A DNA stretch of 64,000 bases from an uncultured Candidatus Poseidoniales archaeon (GTDB taxonomy: Archaea > Thermoplasmatota > Poseidoniia > Poseidoniales > Thalassarchaeaceae): NCBI GenBank assembly GCA_963934015.1, contig CAWVWT010000005.1:4692-68691 (forward strand), in the 5' to 3' direction. Below the pieces are notes generated by a model that was not told the origin of the DNA, made no database searches, and saw only the letters and a list, made by a program, of their open reading frames with translations. Position numbers and translations under genes: made by a program. Positions 1-9,612 of the stretch are shown here, one piece after another; position 1 is the first letter of the stretch; every line of letters starts with the position of its first letter.

Positions 1-1159
1 TTACAAACGTGGATGTCGATTCTGCATTGAACCAAAAAAAGGTGTACCCATTTGGCGAACACCACACGATGTCATCACCGAAGTGTCTCGAGCCCTTGAC
101 AAAGGCGTCAAGCATGTTAGACTAGGAGGCATGACTGATGTATACACCTACATGGCAGATGGTGTTGTTGAAATGGAATATCCAATTCCAAATCCAGAAC
201 CGCTGGCTGAACTATTGCATGGATTACGGGAAGATGAGCGGCTAGAGACACTACATGTCGACAATGCTAATCCGTCGATAATTGCAGAAAATTTAGAGCC
301 AGCAACCGAGATTACGAAAACTCTCATTGAAACACTCTCCGATGGATCAGTCCTATCGTTTGGATTAGAATCTGCAGACCCAGCAGTCCATGAAGCGAAT
401 TGGTTGAACTGTGATTCTGAACAATTGAAAACTGCAATTCGTCACATCAACCAATATGGCCGGGAGCGAGGAGAAAGAGGATTGCCTAAACTTCTACCGG
501 GACTCAATTTTATTGCCGGTTTGAATGGGGAAACCGCAGCAACCTATCAGATGAATAAAGATCTCTTGGCTTCGATTCGAAACGAAGGATTGTGGTTAAG
601 GAGAATCAACATCCGACAAGTCGAAGGAAAAGGTTTCCAAGAAATCCCTACTGAGCATTTTTCTGATTTTAAAACTTGGACAAGGGATCAAATCGATTCA
701 CCACTGTTGACTGAATTGTTCCCATTGGGACAGTTGCTGACAGATGTAACCTGGGAATCACATGATGGGCGCATCCGATTGCCAGCCCATTTGGACGAAA
801 GTCATAGAGACCCCGCAATCCATGGTAAGAGTGGCATCACCTTTGGACGACAAATTGGAGCTTATCCGATTCTGATTGGTGTCCCATACCATATCCCACT
901 CGAAACTCGAGGTGATATTCTGGTGACTGGGCACGGAGCACGTTCTATTACGGGTATAGAAACGAATCTCGATATGAATACAGTCAATCAAAAACAATTG
1001 GTTGCCATTCCAGGAATTGGCGAAAAATCTGCTTGGAATTTAATTTCCACTCGAGTGAAAGAAGCTCGCAATGAACGGCGTTTTGGCAGTTTAGAAGCAT
1101 GGTTTGAAGCCGCTGATGTCAAACTACCTGCAATAGCCCAGAACGTATTGGAGGTCTAA
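1..1159 (+). CDS. radical SAM domain protein with a C-terminal helix-hairpin-helix; 5' end cut by the window edge
   Basis: The frame of the listed ORF 83..1159 is open back to nt 2 (YKRGCRFCIEPKKGVP...), so the gene starts upstream of the window. There is a Cys motif at the edge and a radical-SAM-like body (GLESADP, NFIAGLNGET). The C-terminal HhH reads LVAIPGIGEKSAWNLI. Confidence 0.6.
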   Translation, partial: YKRGCRFCIEPKKGVPIWRTPHDVITEVSRALDKGVKHVRLGGMTDVYTYMADGVVEMEYPIPNPEPLAELLHGLREDERLETLHVDNANPSIIAENLEPATEITKTLIETLSDGSVLSFGLESADPAVHEANWLNCDSEQLKTAIRHINQYGRERGERGLPKLLPGLNFIAGLNGETAATYQMNKDLLASIRNEGLWLRRINIRQVEGKGFQEIPTEHFSDFKTWTRDQIDSPLLTELFPLGQLLTDVTWESHDGRIRLPAHLDESHRDPAIHGKSGITFGRQIGAYPILIGVPYHIPLETRGDILVTGHGARSITGIETNLDMNTVNQKQLVAIPGIGEKSAWNLISTRVKEARNERRFGSLEAWFEAADVKLPAIAQNVLEV

Positions 1160-1161
1160 AT

Positions 1162-2808
1162 TTGGCTCGGGAATTGATAAGACTGGAGGATATTCACCGG
1201 GCCTTTGGTGCCGTCACGGTTCTCGATGGTATCAATCTACGAATCGAGGAAGGTGATAGAATCGGTGTCGTCGGCCACAATGGTGCGGGCAAAACAACAC
1301 TCCTCCGGACTATTTCTGATCAGGCTCAAGATATTGGAGATATCACATTTGCTCCCGGGCTCAGAATCGCTTATCTCACTCAGGTTCGGGATATTGATGA
1401 AGATGCGACGTTGGAACAAGAATTGAATCGGCGCGGCCACCAATTCAAAGAGCTCGAAGAAGAAATCTCAAGTATTGAAACACAGATGGCTGTACCGTCA
1501 TTTTACGATGGTGATTGGCAACCTGTCCTCGACCGATATTCTGAGTTACAAGCACTCTCCGCACGTTCGGGTGGTTCCGATGTTGCTGGTCATGCAAAAA
1601 ATATTCTAAATGCCTTGGAGCTTGGACACCATCCGTTAGACATGCCATTGACCAAATTATCAGGAGGGGAGCGGGCCAAAGTTGCACTTGCACGGCAATT
1701 GGTCGGTTTGGGTGAAATTGATGTGTTCTTTCTCGATGAACCAACCAATCACCTGGATTTACCGACACTACAGTGGCTGGAAACATTTCTGACAAAATTC
1801 CAAGGGGCTCAACTGATTGTCAGCCACGATCGATTTTTCTTGGACCGAATATGTACACATATTCTTGAGATACATGATGGCCACACACGCGGATACGCGG
1901 GGAATTATACGGCATTTCTTCAACAAAAAGTACTGTTCTTACAAACTCTTGAAGATCGAATAAATAAATGTGAAAAGGAAATTAAACGGCTTACTGGAGC
2001 CTTGCAATCAATGAAAAGAGCAAACAAATTTGACAAATCTATTTCACAGAAGCACAAGATGCTGTCGCGTTCACAACGAGAACTTAAATGGCTGAAAACA
2101 TTGAAACCAAGCGAACGAAGAGAACTCCAATTTGATTTACAATCAACTGAAAAATCTAGCCTCGATGTTTTGGATTTCAGACAGGCTTCACTAAAATTCG
2201 AAGGTTTGCTGAGGCCGATCCTGAACAAGGTGGAGATCGGAGTAAGGCGTGGCCAGAAAATTGGTATTGTCGGTGCAAATGGTGCAGGAAAAACCACTTT
2301 GCTTCGGATTATCAATGGGGAAGTCGAACTTGATGAGGGAATTATCGATGTTCGACCGGGGGTGGAAATTGGTTACTTCCATCAGGATCATCGAACACTT
2401 GATTTTGATTTGACACCAATAGAACAAGTTCAGAAATTGAAACCTCGAATGGAATATGCCAAGATTCGTTCCATGTTGGGCCAATTCCAATTTACGCCAG
2501 AAATGGTATCTACGCCGTTGAACAAACTCAGTGGGGGTGAACGGGCTCGGATTGCCATGCTGAAATTACTCCTTGAAGAGAACAATATGTTACTCCTAGA
2601 TGAACCGACCAACCACCTCGATACAGATGCTAAAGAAGCACTGGAAGAAACATTGAACAAATATGATGGTTGCATTCTAACCGTTAGTCACGATCGATGG
2701 TTCCTCGACAAAGTATGCGACACGATTTGGGAATTGCCAGGGGATGGAACGATACGAGTTTACCCCGGTAATTACTCGGATTATATTCAGCGAACAGGCA
2801 AGGCGTAA
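1162..2808 (+). CDS. ABC-F family ATPase (two ABC cassettes, no TM domain)
   Basis: Walker A GHNGAGKTT and GANGAGKTT. Signatures LSGGERAKV and LSGGERARI. Walker B FFLDEPTNHLD and LLLDEPTNHLD. A charged linker sits between the cassettes. TTG start 2 nt after the upstream stop. Confidence 0.9.
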   Translation: MARELIRLEDIHRAFGAVTVLDGINLRIEEGDRIGVVGHNGAGKTTLLRTISDQAQDIGDITFAPGLRIAYLTQVRDIDEDATLEQELNRRGHQFKELEEEISSIETQMAVPSFYDGDWQPVLDRYSELQALSARSGGSDVAGHAKNILNALELGHHPLDMPLTKLSGGERAKVALARQLVGLGEIDVFFLDEPTNHLDLPTLQWLETFLTKFQGAQLIVSHDRFFLDRICTHILEIHDGHTRGYAGNYTAFLQQKVLFLQTLEDRINKCEKEIKRLTGALQSMKRANKFDKSISQKHKMLSRSQRELKWLKTLKPSERRELQFDLQSTEKSSLDVLDFRQASLKFEGLLRPILNKVEIGVRRGQKIGIVGANGAGKTTLLRIINGEVELDEGIIDVRPGVEIGYFHQDHRTLDFDLTPIEQVQKLKPRMEYAKIRSMLGQFQFTPEMVSTPLNKLSGGERARIAMLKLLLEENNMLLLDEPTNHLDTDAKEALEETLNKYDGCILTVSHDRWFLDKVCDTIWELPGDGTIRVYPGNYSDYIQRTGKA

Positions 2809-2811
2809 GAT

Positions 2812-3531
2812 ATGCAGCCAGTCAAGGAAGCAGCGGAAACACTCCGTGATATGACTTCAGAACTGATACCTGCTCTGCTTAGGGATTGCAAGCAAATCGA
2901 TTGGATTTACAACCCCTTGGATTATGCTTGGGAACCTCACCAAGAATGGATTCAGAGATTCTCCGGTAACGGTGCAAAAACTCTGCTAGTTGGCATGAAT
3001 CCTGGCCATGGAATGGGGAATACAGGTGTACCGTTTGGGTGCCCTGAACAAGTGCGAGATTTCCTAGAGATTACCGGCCACAAGGTGCATCAACCATCGC
3101 CAACTCATCCAAAACGCACCGTATTCGGTCTTGAATGTCCGAAACCAGAGGTGAGTGGACGAAGAATCTGGTCCTTTCTTGCAGAGCATTACGGAACACC
3201 TGAAGCCGTGAGTAAGCATATCTACATCGTCAATCATTGCCCACTTTGGATGTTCAATGAGGCTGGACAAAATATTACGCCAGACAAATTAACAGGGGGT
3301 GCATCCAAGCAACTGAAGGCGATTTGTGATCAGCACCTACGCACTGTGGTCACTGAAATGGGCATCACCCGAGTCATTGGCGTTGGAAGATACGCAGAAA
3401 AACAAGCATCTTCAATATTTAATGAAATCGAAGTTGATTGGGTGCCACATCCAAGTCCAGCATCCCCCTTTGCAAATCGAAACGGTGGTGCCGATTGGAG
3501 GGCTGCATTCTCCACAGTATTGGGGATTTAA
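2812..3531 (+). CDS. uracil-DNA glycosylase, family 3 (SMUG1-type)
   Basis: YNPLDYAWEPH, GMNPGHGMGNTGVPFG, HPKRTVFGLECPKPEVSGRR and HPSPASPFANR align along the whole length with the SMUG1 motifs as I remember them (GMNPGPFGMAQTGVPFG, HPSPRNPQANK). Confidence 0.85.
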   Translation: MQPVKEAAETLRDMTSELIPALLRDCKQIDWIYNPLDYAWEPHQEWIQRFSGNGAKTLLVGMNPGHGMGNTGVPFGCPEQVRDFLEITGHKVHQPSPTHPKRTVFGLECPKPEVSGRRIWSFLAEHYGTPEAVSKHIYIVNHCPLWMFNEAGQNITPDKLTGGASKQLKAICDQHLRTVVTEMGITRVIGVGRYAEKQASSIFNEIEVDWVPHPSPASPFANRNGGADWRAAFSTVLGI

Positions 3532-3586
3532 GGGCTCAATACGCCGGGGAGAATGTTAAGTGACGTGCTTCAGCGTAGGCGATGCA

Positions 3587-5389
3587 ATGTCAAGCCAGAT
3601 GACGACCCCTGAATACTTGTTTAGAAACGCAGAACAATACGGAGATATGCCCGCACTTTCTACTCGCAAGGGTGAAGCGCAGAGAGGTGTTGATTGGGAA
3701 TGGAATACCGATACATGGTCGGAAGTCCTAGCCAAAACCCTCACAATCGCAAAATCTTTGCATGCACTTGGCTATGAAAAAAACGACAAAGTTAGTATCT
3801 ATTCTTACAATAGACCCGAGTGGTATCTAATTTATGCTGCTACTCAGATGATGAATGGCGCTGCCGTCGGAGTCTATCACACCTGTTCACCAGAAGAAGT
3901 AGAGTGGGTAGTTGGAAACTCACAATCAAGATTCGTGTTTGTTGGCACAAATCCACAGGGTGGTGACGATTCTTCTAAGATGCCGACAACTCGGATGGAC
4001 AAAATCATGAGTAAATTACCACTGATTGAGAAAGCCATCGTTTTGGATGGATCAGGTTCTATGGCCAACGATAATGCGATTTCTTGGTCTGATTTCCTCG
4101 ATATTGGAAAGGATGTTGATACAAGTCTGATCCGCGAGAAAATGAATGGAATAGACCCTCAAGACACATCGTCGCTGATTTACACTTCGGGGACAACGGG
4201 TAATCCAAAAGGTGTCGAACTCACTCATGACAATTTTTCACATACCCTAGACAGTATTGCGAAAGTTGTTCGGTTCAAACCCGGTGATGGATATGTGTCG
4301 TGGTTACCTCTCGCTCACGTGTTTGGACAAGCCGCGGACAACCACTTGTGGGTTCGGGATGCATTCCACATGCGCGTGGTAGACAATGCGCTGCATGCTG
4401 TTGATTATTCAAAGAAAGTACAACCTGCATTGTTCATTGGTGTACCCCGAATTTACGAGAAGGTTTATTCAAATTTGAAAAGCACTTTAGATTCAAAGGC
4501 AGTTATTCGAATAGGACTCAAGATCCCGATATTGAAGAAGGTTCTACAAAAGGCTGTCAAGCGAAAAATCGGTATGGTCAATTGTAAATATGCAATTACA
4601 GGTGCTGCACCAATTAACCCCGATATTTTGAAACTATTCACCCACATTGGTGTACCATTGTACGAAGGTTATGGAATGACCGAAACTACAGCTGGTGCTA
4701 CGCTCAATTATTCAGGTAACGTGAAAATCGGATCTGTCGGTAAAACCATGCCTGGCACAGAAATTAAGATTGATAATGATGGGGAAATAATGTTCCGTGG
4801 CCGCCACGTAATGAAGGGATACTACAACAACCCTGAAGCGACTGCTGAAGTCATGGATGATGGCTGGCTCCGATCCGGCGATATTGGTAAAATTGATTCA
4901 GAAGGATTCGTTACAATTACCGGGAGAAAGAAGGAACTCTACATCAGTTCAGGTGGTAAGAACATCGCACCCTTACTCATTGAAGAGACAATGAAGGCAA
5001 TTCCACTCGTCTCCCAGTGCTTCTTAGTTGGTGATGGACGCAAGTTCTGCAGTGCACTGCTGACCTTGGATGTCTCAGCTATTCTTCGTGACAAATTCGG
5101 TATGGATGGAGCACATCTACCCAAGGATCCTGCCAAGCAAGTCGCATTACTGAACGAGCAAGGTCACCAACTGTCAGAATACACTGGCGGTGCAGATATT
5201 CACGCCGAGATTGAGGCTCAAGTGATGGAATTGAATAAGCGATTTGCTCCACCCGAACAAATCAAAAAATTCACAATTCTACCACGTGATTTCACTGTTG
5301 ACGATGGTGAACTAACACCCACTCTAAAGATTCGAAGAATCCAAATCCGTGAGAATTGGGCGTCCCAAATCGAAGATATGTACGCTTGA
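3587..5389 (+). CDS. long-chain acyl-CoA synthetase (AMP-forming, FadD-like)
   Basis: AMP-binding motifs YTSGTTGNPKGV, EGYGMTET, GWLRSGDIG and PTLKIRR. I prefer the ATG at 3587 (MSSQMTTPEY) over the GTG at 3560 listed in the track. Confidence 0.9.
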   Translation: MSSQMTTPEYLFRNAEQYGDMPALSTRKGEAQRGVDWEWNTDTWSEVLAKTLTIAKSLHALGYEKNDKVSIYSYNRPEWYLIYAATQMMNGAAVGVYHTCSPEEVEWVVGNSQSRFVFVGTNPQGGDDSSKMPTTRMDKIMSKLPLIEKAIVLDGSGSMANDNAISWSDFLDIGKDVDTSLIREKMNGIDPQDTSSLIYTSGTTGNPKGVELTHDNFSHTLDSIAKVVRFKPGDGYVSWLPLAHVFGQAADNHLWVRDAFHMRVVDNALHAVDYSKKVQPALFIGVPRIYEKVYSNLKSTLDSKAVIRIGLKIPILKKVLQKAVKRKIGMVNCKYAITGAAPINPDILKLFTHIGVPLYEGYGMTETTAGATLNYSGNVKIGSVGKTMPGTEIKIDNDGEIMFRGRHVMKGYYNNPEATAEVMDDGWLRSGDIGKIDSEGFVTITGRKKELYISSGGKNIAPLLIEETMKAIPLVSQCFLVGDGRKFCSALLTLDVSAILRDKFGMDGAHLPKDPAKQVALLNEQGHQLSEYTGGADIHAEIEAQVMELNKRFAPPEQIKKFTILPRDFTVDDGELTPTLKIRRIQIRENWASQIEDMYA

Positions 5390-5413
5390 ATTCAAACCCC
5401 TCGCGCACGCGCA

Positions 5414-5432
5414 CGGTGGCCTACGGCCACCG
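5414..5432 (+). other. GC-rich stem-loop (8-bp perfect stem, UAC loop) in the fadD-icmF spacer
   Basis: CGGTGGCC-TAC-GGCCACCG, 25 nt after the fadD-like stop, inside an unusually GC-rich 80-nt spacer. No T-run follows. Confidence 0.35.
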
Positions 5433-5469
5433 CCGATGGGCTCAAGCGCTGCCTTGGTCTCGCATTTAC

Positions 5470-8400
5470 ATGGCGAGTGGGGCGTCTGCACCGGCTTCGG
5501 AAGATACCGCCTCTGCTGTTGATGCATCAGGTGTCCCGCTGCGTGTGGTGACCGCAGCCTCACTGTTCGATGGGCATGATGCGGCTATCAACGTCATGCG
5601 ACGATTGATTCAAGCAGCCGGTTGTGAAGTAATTCACCTCGGTCATGATCGTAGTGCCCTCGATGTAGTCAAAGCAGCCATTGAAGAGGATGCGCATGCG
5701 GTGGCACTGACCTCCTATCAAGGTGGACACATGGAATATTTCACCTATATTCGGGAATTGCTAAATGCTGCAGGTCGAGAAGATATCCGTATCTTTGGCG
5801 GTGGTGGCGGCACTATTACCCCACCTGAGATTCGAGATTTACATGCCGCTGGAATTACTCGGATTTATTCCCCTGATGACGGTCGCCAAATGGGGCTGCT
5901 CGGAATGATTGATGATTTGGTTCAACTGGCCAGTGAATGCAATCCCCTCACGCGAGATATAGGGTTGAATTCTCCGGTGACACCTGCACAGAGAGAGAAG
6001 GTCGCTCGCCTCATTTCCGTGGCTGAGAATGCCGATTCTGTCACTTTCGCTCAATCTCTCAAAGCATGTCGAAGTCGACCAATGGAAACCCGTGTTCCCG
6101 TGATTGGGTTTACTGGAACTGGCGGGGCGGGGAAATCAAGTCTCTTGGATGAACTAATGCGGCGAATTACCACTCAGAATCCACAACTCAATGTTGCACT
6201 ACTCTGTACAGATCCAACCCGGAAACGAACCGGAGGTGCGTTGCTTGGAGATCGGATTCGCATGAATACACTCACCAGTGATCGATTGTTTATGCGCAGC
6301 CTTGCCAGCCGTTCTAGCGGGAAGGAAATCTCTGAGAAAACCCGTGAAGCCATTGAGGTTTGCCAAGCGACAGGGTATGACCTTATTTTTGTGGAAACAA
6401 GTGGAATCGGACAAGGCAGTGATGCGATTACAGATGTCAGTGATGTCAGCTTGTATGTGATGACCAGTGAATTTGGTGCACACACGCAGTTGGAGAAAAT
6501 TGAGATGCTAGATGTTGCTGATTTGGTGGTCCTCAACAAATTCGAAAAACGCGGTGCTGAAGATGCGCTTCGTGCCATTCGTAAGCAGGTCAAGCGTAAT
6601 CGTAACCTGTTTGATATCGAAGATGAGGCGTTGCCTGTCATCCCAACGATTGCGAGCCAATTTTCAGACCCTGGTGTCGATTTGCTTTGGGAAAGGCTGG
6701 CAGGTATCCTATCGGAACGCTATGGCATGATTCTCGCGGCACGTGAACCACAATTGCCCGAAAGTGGAATGCCTGATCCTCAACACATCATCCCGCCTGA
6801 GCGTATTCACTACCTCGCTGATATTTCTCGCACCATTCGTGGCTACCACTCACGAACGGGTGAGATGTCGCAAAAAGTGCGACTCGTGCAACAGTTAGAG
6901 GCGACAGCACGACACATGGCTGGCCTTGCCGATGGTACTGGAACTACCCTTTCCACCGGTGCTGCGACTGCAGTTGCAGATATTCGCATCCAAGCGGAAG
7001 AAATTCGAAACACGATTCACCCCCTGGTGTGGACAATGATTTCAGAATATGAAGAAAAAGCGAAGCAATACCGAAGTGGTACCTACACCTATCAAGTCAG
7101 GGGGAAGGATTACTCCGTCGATACAACGACCGAATCATTGGCTCATTCAAGCATCCCACGTGTAGCCTTGCCCAACTTCACGGATGCAGGTGATCTCCTT
7201 GGGTGGCTGCGCCGCGAGAATGTTCCGGGTTCATTCCCATACACAGCTGGTGTTTTCCCTTTCAAGCGAGCCGATGAATTACCTACGCGAATGTTTGCGG
7301 GCGAAGGGCCTGCCTCACGTACCAACAAACGGTTCCACTACCTTAGTGAAGGCGAAAACTACGCTCGTTTGTCAACGGCATTCGACAGTGTCACCCTGTA
7401 TGGGCGTGATCCACACACCCGGCCTGATATCTATGGCAAGGTCGGTGAATCAGGCGTTAGTATCTACACTGTGGATGAGATGAGCACACTGTTTGACGGC
7501 TTCGATCTATGTGACCCGAATACCAGTGTGTCGATGACCATCAATGGACCTGCAGCCATTGTGTTGGCGATGTTCTTCAACGCAGCCATCCGGCAACAGG
7601 AAACCAAGTTCAACGAAGAGAATGGACGTGACCCGACCGAAGCAGAGCATGTAGAGATATCCAAAAATACTCTACAGACGGTTCGTGGCACTGTTCAGGC
7701 TGACATCCTCAAGGAAGACCAAGCGCAGAATACATGCATCTTTTCCACAGAGTTCAGCCTCAAACTAATGGGGGATGTCCAGCAATTCTACATCGACCGA
7801 GGTGTGCGAAACCACTACTCAGTGAGTATATCTGGTTATCACATCGCGGAGGCGGGTGCAAACCCCATCAGTCAACTGGCATTCACCTTGGCGAACGGCT
7901 TCACCTATGTCGAGTACTACCTTAGCCGCGGTATGGGAATAGACGAGTTTGCGCCGAATCTCTCCTTCTTCTTCTCCAATGGTCTAGATCCTGAATACAC
8001 CGTCATTGGTCGTGTGGCGCGTCGGATTTGGGCGGTCGCCATGCGCGATCTCTACAGTGGCAACGAGCGCTCTCAGAAACTGAAGTACCACATCCAAACT
8101 TCAGGCCGATCACTACATGCTCAGGAAATTGACTTCAACGATATTCGCACCACACTACAGGCACTATTGGCCGTTCAAGATCAGGCCAACAGCCTACATA
8201 CCAATGCCTACGACGAGGCCATCACAACACCGACCGAAGAAAGCGTACGAAGAGCACTGGCCGTTCAGTTGATTGTCAACAAAGAGAGTGGCTGGACCAA
8301 AACAGAAAATCCCCTTCAGGGCTCATTCATCGTCGATGAACTCACCGATCTCGTCGAAGAAGCCGTACTCACTGAATTCGAACGTATTGCCGAACGTGGT

Positions 8401-8802
8401 GGTGTACTCGGCGCGATGGAGACGATGTACCAGCGTGGTAAAATCCAAGATGAGTCACTTTACTATGAGGAACTGAAGCATTCTGGAGAATTGCCTATTA
8501 CAGGGGTGAACTTCTTTGAAAATCCAAACGCTGCCGCCTTTGATGAATCCAGTGCAGATGACTTTGACATGGAATTGGCTCGTGCCACACCTGAGGAAAA
8601 GCAAGGGTGCCTGTCACGCCTTGCTCAGTTCCACAAGACTCACGTCAATGCGGCTCCAGAGGCGCTCACACGGCTTCAGGATGTCGCGAGTACAGGCGGA
8701 AACGTCTTCGCTGAACTGATGGAGACTGTGAAGGTAGCAAGCCTCGGTCAAATCACCGAATCACTGTTCGAAGTCGGTGGCCAATATCGAAGAAATATGT
8801 GA
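5470..8802 (+). CDS. icmF: fused isobutyryl-CoA mutase (B12-binding domain + MeaB-like G-protein + mutase catalytic domain)
   Basis: N-terminal B12 domain (FDGHDAAINVMRRL). P-loop GTGGAGKSSL and NKFE of the MeaB-type GTPase. Mutase domain motifs TAGVFPFKR and RMFAGEG. ATG at 5470 (MASGASAP) is chosen because the listed start 5356 would overlap the fadD-like gene. Confidence 0.9.
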   Translation: MASGASAPASEDTASAVDASGVPLRVVTAASLFDGHDAAINVMRRLIQAAGCEVIHLGHDRSALDVVKAAIEEDAHAVALTSYQGGHMEYFTYIRELLNAAGREDIRIFGGGGGTITPPEIRDLHAAGITRIYSPDDGRQMGLLGMIDDLVQLASECNPLTRDIGLNSPVTPAQREKVARLISVAENADSVTFAQSLKACRSRPMETRVPVIGFTGTGGAGKSSLLDELMRRITTQNPQLNVALLCTDPTRKRTGGALLGDRIRMNTLTSDRLFMRSLASRSSGKEISEKTREAIEVCQATGYDLIFVETSGIGQGSDAITDVSDVSLYVMTSEFGAHTQLEKIEMLDVADLVVLNKFEKRGAEDALRAIRKQVKRNRNLFDIEDEALPVIPTIASQFSDPGVDLLWERLAGILSERYGMILAAREPQLPESGMPDPQHIIPPERIHYLADISRTIRGYHSRTGEMSQKVRLVQQLEATARHMAGLADGTGTTLSTGAATAVADIRIQAEEIRNTIHPLVWTMISEYEEKAKQYRSGTYTYQVRGKDYSVDTTTESLAHSSIPRVALPNFTDAGDLLGWLRRENVPGSFPYTAGVFPFKRADELPTRMFAGEGPASRTNKRFHYLSEGENYARLSTAFDSVTLYGRDPHTRPDIYGKVGESGVSIYTVDEMSTLFDGFDLCDPNTSVSMTINGPAAIVLAMFFNAAIRQQETKFNEENGRDPTEAEHVEISKNTLQTVRGTVQADILKEDQAQNTCIFSTEFSLKLMGDVQQFYIDRGVRNHYSVSISGYHIAEAGANPISQLAFTLANGFTYVEYYLSRGMGIDEFAPNLSFFFSNGLDPEYTVIGRVARRIWAVAMRDLYSGNERSQKLKYHIQTSGRSLHAQEIDFNDIRTTLQALLAVQDQANSLHTNAYDEAITTPTEESVRRALAVQLIVNKESGWTKTENPLQGSFIVDELTDLVEEAVLTEFERIAERGGVLGAMETMYQRGKIQDESLYYEELKHSGELPITGVNFFENPNAAAFDESSADDFDMELARATPEEKQGCLSRLAQFHKTHVNAAPEALTRLQDVASTGGNVFAELMETVKVASLGQITESLFEVGGQYRRNM

Positions 8803-8804
8803 TT

Positions 8805-9524
8805 TCACTCGGTATCAGTATCACCGGGCGTCATCTTATCCCACAGTAGAACGCCGAGTAATGCACCCATAATCGGTCCAACTGTGTAGATGATGAGATC
8901 GATATTGTTCGCCGTGTCCATGCCCATATCTCCCCAGACCCAGACACCAGCCCAGCGAGCTGGATTCATTGCCGCACCGGTGAGTGGACCACCCATCAGG
9001 ATGTCCGCCATGACCACCAAACCAATGCCGAAGCCGGCAATGCCTGCTGGGGCGCGGTCGTCCACAGCGGTCCCCATGATGACCGTCATGAGAAGGAAGG
9101 TGAGAATCGCCTCAATCAGGATGGCTTGCTGGGTGCTTACATCAATAATCGTGTCACCTGGAGCCGGTGTTCCGGCGATTACATCTGCACCGATTGAATA
9201 GAGGACGAAACCCGCAAGGATGGCCCCCCCCAATTGTGCTGCAATGTACTGTAAACCAAGTTTAGAATCGATTCGATTGGTGGCCATGAATCCAATTGTG
9301 ACCGCCGGATTGATGTGTGCTCCGGAGATATTCATCGTTGCCGAAACCATGACTGAAAGTATGATTCCATGCGCTACGGCCACCGTTAATAGATCACCGC
9401 CGGATACCCAAATGGCGCCTGCACCAATGAACGTCAAGGCGAACGTGGCCACTCCTTCGGCATACAACTTGGCTTCAGTTTCTTTGCTCATATTTCTTAG
9501 CATATTTGACAACAATGTAATCAC
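8805..9524 (-). CDS. aquaporin / MIP family channel (AqpM-like)
   Basis: Two canonical NPA boxes (SGAHINPAVT and GAAMNPARW) and a six-TM Gly/Ala-rich profile. The start could instead be the ATG at 9491 (MSKETEAKLY). Confidence 0.9.
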   Translation of the reverse strand: MITLLSNMLRNMSKETEAKLYAEGVATFALTFIGAGAIWVSGGDLLTVAVAHGIILSVMVSATMNISGAHINPAVTIGFMATNRIDSKLGLQYIAAQLGGAILAGFVLYSIGADVIAGTPAPGDTIIDVSTQQAILIEAILTFLLMTVIMGTAVDDRAPAGIAGFGIGLVVMADILMGGPLTGAAMNPARWAGVWVWGDMGMDTANNIDLIIYTVGPIMGALLGVLLWDKMTPGDTDTE

Positions 9525-9612
9525 TCCGAATCTATGATTCAGAACGAGCCCCTTGAAGTGCGTCTATCAATCATGCGGTGAGATTCGTATTCAAAGCACA
9601 GTATTCTAGGGA

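Noticed and set aside
5356-5469. N-terminal extension of icmF given by the ORF track (start 5356, overlapping the fadD-like gene by 34 nt)
   Set aside because: The extension translates to Arg/Pro-rich junk across a GC-rich hairpin spacer. The ATG at 5470 precedes the B12-domain sequence.
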